A stretch of 64,000 nt of DNA from Octopus sinensis. Its lineage: Eukaryota. The stretch spans positions 61,070,001-61,134,000 of the forward strand of contig NC_043003.1 in assembly GCF_006345805.1 (NCBI RefSeq), written 5' to 3'. The notes beneath the pieces were generated by a model. It saw nothing but the letters and a program-made list of their open reading frames with translations, did no database searches and was not told the DNA's origin. Position numbers and translations under genes: made by a program. This document shows, in pieces, positions 1-11,521 of the stretch (the stretch's first letter is position 1; every line of letters begins with the position of its first letter).

Positions 1-189
1 CGGGTGTTTTATAAATAAAAATAACTGACTTGTTTTGAGATGTTTTTACGAGATACATATTTCCAATATTTATGAGTTCAAATTTCACTGAAGCTAATTT
101 TTTCCTATTCGTTAAAAAATTGGTTTCAAATTTTCACGCTAGGCCAGCAACGTCGGAGGAAGAGGAAAGTCGATTATATCGACCCCTAA

Positions 190-1830
190 GCCGGCGAAAT
201 GGCAGAACCGTTAGGATGCCGGGAGTAATACTTAGCAGCATTTCGTCTGTCTTTACGTCCTGAGTTCAAATTCCGCCGAGATCGACATTGCCTTTCATCC
301 TTTCGGAGTCGATAAATTAAGTACCAGTGAAAAACTGGGGTCGATTTAATCGACTGGTCCCCCCCCCCAAAGTTTCAGGTCTTGTGCCTATAATAAAAAG
401 GATCATATCGACCCTTGTACTCAACTGTTATTTATTTTATCGACCCGGAAAAGATAGAAGGCAAAGTTGACCTCAGCGAAATTTGAACTCATATCGGCTC
501 GAATACAAAAGGATGAAGAAAGGGTAAAGTTGACTTCGGTGGAATTTGAACTCACAACGTAAAGACAGACGAAATGCTGCTAAACGTTTTATCTGGTGTT
601 CTAACGGCTCTTGCAGATAACGGTTGTCCGAGTTTTCAAACAAATGGTTTCAAATTTTGGCTCAAGGCCAGCAATTTGAAAGGAGGGATAAATTGATTAC
701 ATGATGGCAGCGGTCAAATGGTACTTATTTTATCGACCCTGAAAGGAGGAAAGGGAAAGTCGACCGCGGCCGCGGTGGAATTTGAACTCAGAAAGTAAAG
801 ACGGACGAAATGTCGCTCATTCATTTGCTCAATGTGCTAACGACTCTGTCAACTCGCCGCCTTCGAAGTGTTTAAAATAGTACCAGTGAATTGTTGTGGT
901 CGATTTGATTAACTGTTCAATCTTGTCAATAAAGGTGATGAGCTGGAAGAATTGTTAACATGTCGGACAAAAATGCTTAGTGATATAACTTATGGCTCTC
1001 TACGTTCTGATTTCAAATCCTGCCTAGTCAACTTTGCCTTTCATCCCTTCGGTGTAGAAAACATAGAAGTACTGAAAGAAATGAGTGTGGTGGGGTTGAC
1101 GTAATCGACTTATATCCTCCTCTAAAGTTACTAGCCTTGTGTCAAAATCTGAAATCACAATAGCATTTATGGTAAAGTGGCAAGCAAGCAGAATCACTGT
1201 ACCACTGGACATACAGCTTTGTTATTTTTTCCGTCGGGTTTTTTACGTTCTGAGTTCAAACACCGCTGAGGTCAACATAGCGCTTCATCTTTTTGGAATC
1301 GAAAAAAAAAAACAGTTAAGTGTTGGAGGCTCGATGCTGACCTAGGACCCTCTAACAGACCGGCTTTGCATTCTAAGGCACGAGAAAATGAAATCCTCTC
1401 AAATTGTATACTTGTTACTCTGTGAAGAATCAAGTTACACATCTTTCTCTAAGCTATTAATCGAGTATCAAGTGGAAGTATATTCCCGAATTAACAAATA
1501 TTGTTTTCAGATTTTGGCACAAGGCCAGCAATTCCTGTGGAAGTGGAAGTCGTTTTTATCGACCTCAGTGCTCAGCTGGTGCCTATTTTATCGATCCGGA
1601 AATGATGAAAGGTAAAGTTGACCCCATGCGCCTAAGCATTGGTACGAAGCCAAAATTTCGGAGGAAAGAGGTAATTCGAGATAAATCGTTCAACTGATAC
1701 TTTATCGATCCGGAAAAGAATGAAAGGCAAATTTGAACTCGGCAGAATTTGAACCCAGAACGTAAAATCGGATGAAATGCTGCTAAGCATTTTTCCCGGC
1801 GTGCTAACGATTCCGCCAGCTCATTGCCTT
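190..1830. mobile_element. Cluster of about 7 tRNA-derived SINE-1 copies in both orientations
   Basis: Head GGCGRGCTGGCAGAA...GAGTTCAAATTCC (A/B-box-like) and core GAGGTCGACTTTGCCTTTCATCCTTTCGGGGTCGATAAA. Confidence 0.85.
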
Positions 1831-2662
1831 CGACTTAGCAAATATTCAGTTTGATTGATATTGGTTATGTTTAGCCTTAGATCAACCCTGATTCAACAAA
1901 GCCATGATTAAAAGTGCTCCAGCCAAGATCATCCCATCCTTGTCTTTGGGCAGTTTCCTGATGACTGCGATAACAAATATTTGCTTCCTTTTTAAAGCAG
2001 TAAGGATTTAAGGGACAATTAGCTACACTTTCTAATAGGTAAAAGGTCTACTTGGTTTCCTTCTATAATTCACGAAGTTGCCTCCTTGAATAATTTTGGC
2101 CTGATTTTACTTCCAGTTACCGTCGGAAGCCGTTTTGTGGCTCTTAATTCATTAATTCATTGGAAGTTATATTAATGTCGCAAATACTCATTTCCTTTCC
2201 ACTATATCTCTGAAGCTTTATATGTTTTGAGATCGATAGTACAATTAACACACACATATATAAATTTTGCTTGTTTCAGTCATTAGACCGCAGCCATGCT
2301 GGAAGACCACCTTGAAGAATTTTTTAGTCGAATGAATCATTCCCAGTAATTATTCTTTTTAAACTTTGTACTTATTTTATCGGTCTCTTTTTACCGAACA
2401 GCTAGATTACGGGGACGCATGCAAATCAACACCAGTTGTCAAAAACAGACACACACACACACACACACACAGAAACACATATATACATACGACGGGCTTC
2501 CTCGATTCAGCACAACGTGTATTTATAGTGAATGTATAATCAAATGTGGAAATTAACGATTTAAAGTCTGTTACCAGCATATTGGCATAGAAATAGTTTT
2601 TCTTTTGCCCTTGTTTATAAGTCATATATATATATATATATATATATATACCTACATACATA

Positions 2663-2875
2663 CAGGGTAACCCGAAAGTAGGTTTACAGTTATTCAACTA
2701 TCTTTTTCGCATTCATATATTAACACTTTAAATCTTAATTATAAAAAAGACATGAAACAATTATTCTATGCTAATTTAGTTAATTGTAAGATAGAAATTT
2801 AAATATAATAAAATGTTTTAAAAGTAATATAAAGTGCCTACGTAATAACTGTAAACCTACTTTTGGGCCACCCTG
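2663..2875. mobile_element. Tc1/mariner-type MITE (213 bp)
   Basis: 32-bp TIRs CAGGGT(AA/GG)CCC(G/A)AAAGTAGGTTTACAGTTATT with TA target-site duplication. Confidence 0.9.
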
Positions 2876-3530
2876 TATATATATAAATATATATTAAAAC
2901 GGTACAGTTGAAGTTTTATTCTATTATCTACCTATTTACGGACTATAGATCAGCATGATCGTTGGAGTGTGGGCCGGACAAAGTGAGCTGTAGTATTTCT
3001 TTTTGAATCTCTATAATATGTGTTCAAATCCTGCCAGCTAAAATTTCTGCCGGTAACTAATCGAATACTAGGACTGAGATAATCTAAATTTGAGGTAGAT
3101 CTTGTGTCGGTGTAAAGAATTATCTAGCCGTTCAAACCTCATCGAGGTTGACTTTGCTGACCGTTCCAGTAAAATCGACAAAATAAGAACTAGACATAAA
3201 TTAGGTTTTAGTTGACAACGTTCTGCCCTGTCGAACAAAAAATTGATACTCATTAAAATCTAACAGGCGAACCGGCATAATCGTTTGTGGGGCAGGCAAA
3301 ATACTTAGTGGCATTTGGTCTCTCTGTACGTTCTGAGTTCAAATTGCGCTGAAGTCAATCAACTTTACCTTTCATCCTTTTGGGGTCAATAAAATAAGTA
3401 TCAGTAGAACACTGAGGTTGATGTAATCAACTTAGCTCCGCCCCCAAATTGCCGGCCTTGTGACAAAATTTGAAACCAATATTTTTTTTTAAATACAAGA
3501 AAGATAGCTTAAAATTGCAATTGAACTTAC

Positions 3531-3698
3531 ATCCACCAATGTAGTAATGGCATCCTCATTCTCCAGTCTTGGCTTGATTGTTGATTCACTACTATCGATG
3601 GCATCAACTGTGTCATCCCCATGATACCATGTACCCGTCTTGCACATCATCTCTCTTCGTAGTTGACAATGAGCGCACCGCCATTTCCCGCGTATACT
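3531..3698 (-). CDS. RIM-superfamily gene, exon C: last zinc-finger Cys pair and SGAWFF-equivalent motif
   Basis: Acceptor atttgtag|AGT, donor GAT|gtaagt. 168 nt, phase 0 to 0. Translates SIRGKWRCAHCQLRREMMCKTGTWYHGDDTVDAIDSSESTIKPRLENEDAITTLVD, matching RIM WVCNLCRKQQEILTKSGAWF. Absent from the ORF track. Confidence 0.92.
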
Positions 3699-4027
3699 CT
3701 ACAAATATAATGTAAATTTTTTATGAGTAAATATTTAATAGAAAACTCTGAGAAATTTTATGTTTAATTATAACGAACATTAAACATTTAAAGCACACGA
3801 TTTCAAACATTTTTTCCTGTTTTTAAAGTATAAATGCAGCAATGTTATTACTCATAACTTGTTTGTTTATTCTTTTTGTATTTTGTTTACAAGATTCTTG
3901 TTATAAACTCATATGCTGAAACAGATTTTATTGTATCACAGGAGGGTCATTATACTAATAAACACATACACACACTGGCTCTGTTTCAGTTTTATCATTA
4001 TTATTATTATTATATTATTATTATTAT

Positions 4028-4570
4028 TGAGTGAAAGAGCAGTACATGCCATCAAAGTGACACTGGAGTAAAATATACGAAGCCCAGTATACCCATCATG
4101 ACTACCTGTCTGATAAGGGTACACTAGGCACATGCATCACTACCATATGTGCACGACATGGTGATCTCATATCAAGATAAACATGACCTTGCAGGTGGGG
4201 CCCAGTTAGAATTTTCTTCAGGATGAGTAGCCCATCGCACTCAAAAGGTCCCTGAATAAGGATTGTTTAAGGATGTTGAACGAACCACCCCTGTTTCCAA
4301 AGGTGAATTATCTAAGAATTCCTTTCAACACACGGCTATGATGCTCCCCCACTACTTCTGCTCGTGACTAGAGATGCACATATCGTCAGCCACTAAGGAA
4401 CATGCTCAACTGGTTAAGGTCAAACAACTGACAAGCAAACCTGTGGTACTGAGCAGAATATTTGATGTAGCCCATCTTTTATGTCAAGACAAAACAATGT
4501 GCATGATAACACTTCCAATCAGTTAAGATCAGAAGCCACGAGAGCCACTACCCGGTACTGCATCAGGGCA
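4028..4570 (+). mobile_element. About 550-bp (ATT)n-flanked non-autonomous retroposon, full-length copy
   Basis: Runs TGAGTGAAAGAGCAGTACATGCC...GTACTGCATCAGGGCA with (ATT)n on both sides. Homologous copies at 17148, 22832, 55617 and 18095. Confidence 0.85.
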
Positions 4571-4602
<32 letters not shown>

Positions 4603-4849
4603 GTCAATTAGTTAATAATTACCCAAGTAACTGAACGATAGTTTTATTAAGTAATAGGTAATTGGTTAAATATTAACTGACGAATAATAAAAAGAAGTGA
4701 AATAGAACTAGTGCATGTGGTTATTATTCGTGTAACAACCTTCCCGAGATACAACAAAGCTGTTTTTCGTTTACTTCTTTAATTTGCACAAGGTACACAT
4801 ACACTCATATATATATATGTGTGTGGGTATATATATATATACATATATA

Positions 4850-4861
4850 TATATAGTGGAA

Positions 4862-4907
<46 letters not shown>

Positions 4908-4956
4908 GAAAGATATATATATATATATAATATATATATATACATATATAGTGGAA

Positions 4957-4990
<34 letters not shown>

Positions 4991-4993
4991 GAA

Positions 4994-5038
<45 letters not shown>

Positions 5039-5051
5039 TATATAGTGGAAG

Positions 5052-5082
<31 letters not shown>

Positions 5083-5094
5083 TATATAGTGGAA

Positions 5095-5132
<38 letters not shown>

Positions 5133-5181
5133 GAAAGATATATATATATATTATATATATACATATATATATAGTGGAAAG

Positions 5182-5212
<31 letters not shown>

Positions 5213-5225
5213 TATAGTGGAAAGA

Positions 5226-5261
<36 letters not shown>

Positions 5262-5295
5262 CATATATATATAGTGGAAAGATATATATATATAT
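4850..5295. repeat. Compound minisatellite: 10 x GTGGAAAGA separated by variable (TA)n
   Basis: Ten copies counted, one of them GTGGAAGA. Confidence 0.95.
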
Positions 5296-6391
5296 AATGT
5301 TACAAAAGAAAATGGAAACTATATGTGGAAATGTAAGGGGAAAATAAGAAGAAAAATAAGCGAAAATGCACATTAGAAATTTAAAAAGAACGGTAAAGGC
5401 TTTTTATGAAAAGTAACGATAGATATATACAATTAGATGAACTGAGGTAGGAATAAAAGTAATAAAATTCATTATTGGGAATTGTTAAAGAGATTCTAAA
5501 GCATACCGATTTCGTGAATTTACTAACCATTGCTTTGAATGCAGAGAGAGAGAGAGATGTCTAGATATATATGTGTATGTATGTTCTATAGATCGAATGA
5601 GACTGAGTGGAATCGATTTTCATATGCCCAACTAAAACAATATAAGTTCCTTAGTAGAACTATACAATATGCTGATCATACACCAGTCTATGCAAATAAC
5701 GGGGGAAAATTGTAGATATTATTCTCTTGTGAAGGTTATGAGGAACACGATCAACAAGCTAAATATAATACTTTCTACTATAAGTACAATGCCTGAAATT
5801 TGAGGAATGGTAATATTTGATTACATCGACCTCGAAAGGATGCAAGGTAAAGTTGACCTCGACGGAATTTGAACTCAGAACGTAGCGGCAGATGAAATAC
5901 TGCTAAGCATTTCGCCCGGCGTGCTAACGATTCTACCAGCTCACCGCCTTACAAATTAAATATAATAAAAAATAGAAGGTAGGATAATCATGCAACTCCA
6001 ACTCATAGCTTCTAAAGATAACCCAGAAGAATATGGTATCATGAAGGCGTATTTTCTGAAAAATAAATTTTAGAATCTTTAAGGATCATATAACCAGTGC
6101 TTCAAAACACATTTGTATCAAAAGCAGATGTGATTGCGATGCCTCCTTTTCCGTACGTGAACAAGACTTTTATCACAAGCACATACAAAGTTGAACATGG
6201 CTTACACACGCTCAACCTAATTTTAAAATCTTTGACAAGACACTCAATAAAATAATAGCATTCTTATGTGTTTTAGCAATGGATGAAGCATTTCATTATA
6301 AACAATTGCTCGATAGTAAACCACTAAAGCAAAACATTTGCACACAACTGAAAAGAACTGTATTTAACCTAGATACAAGAGATGAAGTTAA

Positions 6392-6710
6392 CACATAAAG
6401 CGCGACGCGCCACGATCGTGACCATCAAGCACAGGTTGACAGGCCACGATCGTGGCCCAGATAAATGCCTTTAATTTATGGGCGTTTGTTGGGGTCTAAT
6501 GTCACTCAAACGCTCTGATACCCCCTAGAACGCAAAAGGACTAATAGTTCCACTAATGACTTTTCAGATGATGTAAAACTTGCCGCCATCATATACTAAG
6601 AAGATATTTTAACTATTTTTTTGTTTTTTATGTGTGCATGGTTGTCTCATTTTCATAAAATGTGCTTAGCAGGCCATGCTATGTAAGTGCAAATCCCAGC
6701 GCTTTATGGT
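6392..6710. mobile_element. piggyBac-like MITE (319 bp)
   Basis: TTAA on both sides. Termini CACATAAAGCGC and (rc) ACCATAAAGCGC. Subterminal GCCACGATCGTG repeats. Confidence 0.65.
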
Positions 6711-7794
6711 TTAACCTAGATACGATGTTCCTTGTCAGTATTTTAATCATTGTATATAGTTTATATGGGTTCTTTTGCTCGTCTAGGTTGCTCACATTTT
6801 TTTACAGCATTTAGTTCGTAAAAACTGTTCCTCCAAACATCTCAGGCCCCAATAATTTTTCAATTCCTTTTTTTTTTTGTGTGTGTGTTGCTTCCATTTA
6901 ATCAGTTTATCCTTCCCTCACCCCGGTATCATAGCTTAAAACAGTTCAACCAAACCACAAGCAAAACGTCACAATGATAAAGTATGTTGTTTCTTGAATT
7001 TTCTAACCCTTCGTCAAAAGCGAACTTTTCAGCATTTTAAATGATTAGCGATCTTCCCTAAGGAAGAACATATGTGTAAACATCTTTTGCTTTAGAAACG
7101 GGAAATGCACATAAAGTTTTCCTTTAGGAAAGAAATAGATTTTAAAAACATTTTTTGCTCTGTCAAATTAATAAATTAGAAGCAAACCATACTAATTTAT
7201 ATGCATATTTTTATATTAGCACTTTCTTTCAATTTCAAAGAAGCCATTGAAAGGATTTTCATAGTCAGATTGTGAAATGTTCATCAGTGATTTTTTTAAA
7301 ATAATTGTAGTAAAATATTGATACAAGGAATACGAAAATATTCAATGTTTTCTTCAGCAGACAGATATTACAGTTATTCGTGATTTTTTATGTGCTCGCT
7401 TTTCACCTATTAATTATTCCATGATGTATCATTATGGAGGTAAAATGGTCTAGTGGTTATAATGTTACACTCACGATTGTGACATTGCAGTTTCAGTTCC
7501 TAGACCGGGTGATGAGTTGCACTCTTAAGAAAAATATTTCATCTCGTGTTGCGGCGCGATCAATTCGAGACCCGACGAGTGGTACACTGACAAGTGGTAC
7601 ACTGATACGTCATGTGATGGAGAGAGTGAGCTAATGCTCAGCACATACATTTGTACTAATCATTTTGCACAGGTTTGTTCAGTAAAAAATTGTAGGAACG
7701 TCTTTTTTCGGACAACGAGAGACTACCATCATCAATGCATCAGGGCAGCAGCGTGTGTTAATCACACTGTCACCAGTGACAATAGGAACTCTTA

Positions 7795-8195
7795 CCCTTT
7801 TACTCGTTTCAGTCATTTGATTGTGGTCATGCTGGGGCATCGCCTTTAGTCGAGCAAATCGACTCCAGGACTTTTTCTTTATGAGCCTAGTACTTATTCT
7901 ACCGGGCTCTTTTGCCGAACCGCTAAGTTACGGGGACGTAAACACACAAGCATCGGTTGTCAAGCGATGTTGGGGGGGGGGGCACAAACACAGACACACA
8001 TACATACACACACACATATATATATATATACATACATACGAAAGCCTTCTTTCAGTTTCCGTCTACCAAATCCACTCACAAGGCTTTGGTTGGCCCGAGG
8101 CTATAGTAGAAGACAGTTGCCCAAGATGGCACGCAGTGGGACCGAACCCAGAACCATGTAGCTGGAAGGCAAGCTACTTATCGCACAGCCGGTCT
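7795..8195 (-). mobile_element. SINE-2 (tRNA head, CORE-like CCTTGGGCAAG, internal microsatellite)
   Basis: Related copies at about 2265-2520, 13690-14045, 16010-16360 and 52700-53340 (minus), and 27875-28290, 39675-40085 and 43680-43910 (plus). Confidence 0.85.
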
Positions 8196-8481
8196 TGCGC
8201 TTCAAATTTTTAACTATAGAAAATATCTCTTCTAAAGAAAAAGAAATATTTATGATAATCAACTTTTCGCAAATTCTAAGGCTGATGTATATGTGTGTGA
8301 TCTGTAGTGAAAATGACCAAGATACCTTCAACCAAAATATTACTCTGAGTTTCTTTAGCAGTGTGGCCTGCTTTATGATGAGCCATATCCCACGCGTCCA
8401 CAACTCAAAGGTGGTTGACCACGACCGAAGCAGAGGCTCCTTTGTGTGCCATGAGTTTATCCCATAGGATATGACACTCAC

Positions 8482-8526
8482 CGCACAGAATCTCGAGCAG
8501 AGGTTCTCAATGTAGGCGCTGGACAT
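8482..8526 (-). CDS. Candidate alternative first coding exon (beta-type isoform), MSSAYIENLCSRFCA
   Basis: gacATG with a purine at -3, 15 codons, then GCG|gtgagt. Phase 0 matches exon C. No transcript evidence. Confidence 0.35.
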
Positions 8527-9293
8527 GTCGTACACACACACACACACATGTATATATATACTCACACATACACACACACACATACATATATATATATGTA
8601 TGTATATGCATAAGTGTGTATATATGTATGTGTGACTGTTTGTTTTTCCTTGTCATAACGTCGAGTGATGGTTGTAAGCTAGAGTCCCTGTCATACAAGT
8701 GGTGTCACTTGTTTGCTGTCTTCTTTGAAAACATGCCCGGCCAAAGTGTAAAATTACCTTGCTTAGAAATAAGTGACGGACGGGCAAACGACCGTAGAAA
8801 AGTTGTCTCAGAGAATTCCGTTTGATCTATGCAAGCACAGAAAAGTGGACGTTAAAATGATGGTGATGATGATAAAGATGATGATAATGACGATGATATA
8901 TAAGCATTTGTTTATCTTACACAGACTCAGTTACTTGAATGTTCAGGATCAAAAAGTAACTCTCTATTTAAACCATAACAATAAGCTTCAATAAGCAAAT
9001 GTTAAAATATTCAAATCCATTTTGATTGTAGTAGCGTCGCAAAATGAATATAAAGATAAGAGGAAGGAGAAAGGGAAGAGAAATATTTATACAAATAATG
9101 AACAATATTTTGAGTCTCCTTTTACGTTCTTTTGTGTTTCTCTGTTATAAAACTACAAATCAGATGTATTAGCCATGATATACAATTTAAATATTATCTG
9201 GAACAATTGTTAGCTACAGTTCGCTAGTGGATGAGTGAATTACGAAGCGCATATATATGAGCGTGTGCATGTGTGCTTGTTCATGAATATATG

Positions 9294-9329
<36 letters not shown>

Positions 9330-11521
9330 AGGGTGTGTGTGTATGCATATATATATACATGTTATATATATGTACTAATATATATAATATATCTATATTT
9401 AATATATATATATGTGTGTGTGTGTGTTGTAAGCATTGACGCATGCACACACATACACACGTGTGTGTGTGTGCATCTTTTAATAATCATAAAAGTATTC
9501 ACAATTCACCAGAATTTTCAAATTTAATTAAATTATTTGCTGACATCTGCTCCAAGTATAGCTTTTCAGAGAATGAAATTCTATCATAAAAAATATCAGA
9601 ACATCAACTGTAACTACAAAATCCAATATTACAGAGAAGCTCGATATATTCGTTTGTATGCAATAATGATAAATTATAGTGAAATGAAACTATCGCAAAA
9701 AATATTTCAAGAATTATTTCGAAGTTTGAATTAAGAAACACGGTACGACGAAACTAAGTTATTTTATACATTTACGCTATTGATTTGATGATGTAGTTAC
9801 TTTTACTGTGCCAATTATTTCTTGGATTTTACGTTTTACAGTTTAAAGTACCATGGCGTTTTTTTATTGTAATTCCGTAGAACATAGACTTTCTTTTCGT
9901 CCATCTAAAGTCAATAATAATAAGATTCTAATTTAGACATAAAGTAATACGGCGAGTTGGCAGAGTCATTAGCGCGCAGGATAAATTGCTAAGCAGCATT
10001 TCATCCATCTTTAATTTCTGAGTTCAAATTCCGCCCAGGTCTACTTTGCATTTCATCTTTTCGATGCCGATAACATAAGTACCTGTTGGACTTACTCCTT
10101 CCTACGAAATTACTAGTATCGTACCAAAACATAAAACCAATATAGACATAGGGATACGTATTTGCCAGGAGTTGCCTTAGTTCAGTAAATCGATTCAAGA
10201 AAGATGAAAGATAAAGTTGACCTCTTGTAGCTTTTGAGCTCAGATGAGATCAAAAGAGCAGATGCTCCAAGACATTTTGTCTGACGCTCGAACATCTCTT
10301 CTAGTCCAGCGCCATTGATAACAGCTTCAAAGTATAGGCACCAAGTCTAAAATTTGGGGAAAGCGGTCAGTTGATTAAATCGGGCTCCACTACTTGACTT
10401 AAATGTTATTTTAGTAACCCAGGTGGGACAAAAAGCAAAGAAGATGTCGGTGGGATTTAAACTTCGAAGATAAAAAGCCCGAAAAACACTGTAGCTATTG
10501 GATAGTCAGGAAAATTCGTTCGTTTTTTTACTCTAATTTATTTTAATCCTATCCTCTGCTAATTGAATGAACACGAAAAATATTTCCATCGTACTGTTTA
10601 ATGTTTGTTTTTTGTTTCTTAATAGATCTATTCTTTACAAATTTTGCTTTTTCTTATTTGAAATTTAATGTAATATAGCCTTTGCGAAATATTTGAAGAT
10701 TTCTTCGTTGGTATTTACTTTGTTATGCTTTTTCTCACTATATAGGTTTGTTATAATGAATTTGGGGCATTACTTCGGTTTTCTTAACACATCTGATCCA
10801 GAGAAATATTTTCACAAAAGTAATTTTACATCAAATCAACATGCCGTCAGCCAAAACTATCTTTTCCTTCCTTTTTTCACAATCTCATTAAATGTCACCA
10901 AGCCTTGAGTTTACTGCACTTCAATTTTATCGGAATGTTTGGAATATGTTTCTAATTAGTTTTAAAAGCAATACATCAGTAGCGCGTGTGTAACAGTAGA
11001 TTTCAGAAAAATCAATATGTGTTGTAGAGACTATTTACAATACAGTTATTAGTCCAACACAATTAGCATTTTTAGATGATCCGCTTTACTTTCTTGACAT
11101 CAATTTAAACTGGGATGTTAGGAATTAGGCGTACTGTGTTACGAGATTTCAGATCTAAACTTATGAAGCAGTCGTCCAATACTGTATCACCTCAACGACA
11201 TGCCACGTTGCTAATTATTTTGGGAAAATACTTAAGTGGAATACCAATAACTAGTTGCTGGAGTTCGGTTTCTAAACAAGCACTCAAGAAGCTGTTAATG
11301 TTTCTCTCCAATGCTGCATTGTTTAATTAACTTCATAATAACATAACTGTAATTATATGTGCGGTGAGTGCCGTAGTCGAGGTAACATGGTAAGGAAACA
11401 ACACTTCTACGTGTTCGTTCGATCTGCTAAGAATTGCAACTAAATCTCGCTCAAATCACACCATATCATCTCAAAATAGGAAACTTTACATTATACATGT
11501 AGTTTTAAATAGCCCCTAAAA

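Noticed and set aside
1-3530. Search for the next minus-strand exon of the RIM-like gene
   Set aside because: Only SINEs, a MITE and short closed frames were seen; the next exon probably lies outside the window.
4850-5295. Repeat-spacer appearance resembling a CRISPR array
   Set aside because: The repeat is only 9 bp, the spacers are (TA)n, the context is a eukaryotic intron and there are no cas genes.
4771-5373. Long ORFs of YI/YIY type (also 44478-45195, 46951-47295, 48039-48298, 61049-61328)
   Set aside because: Stop-free translations of (TA)n and (CATA)n microsatellites.
8101-8583. 160-aa minus-strand ORF as a whole gene
   Set aside because: It begins in a (GT)n tract and ends in a SINE. 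Only the 15-codon ATG-to-donor segment is kept as a candidate.
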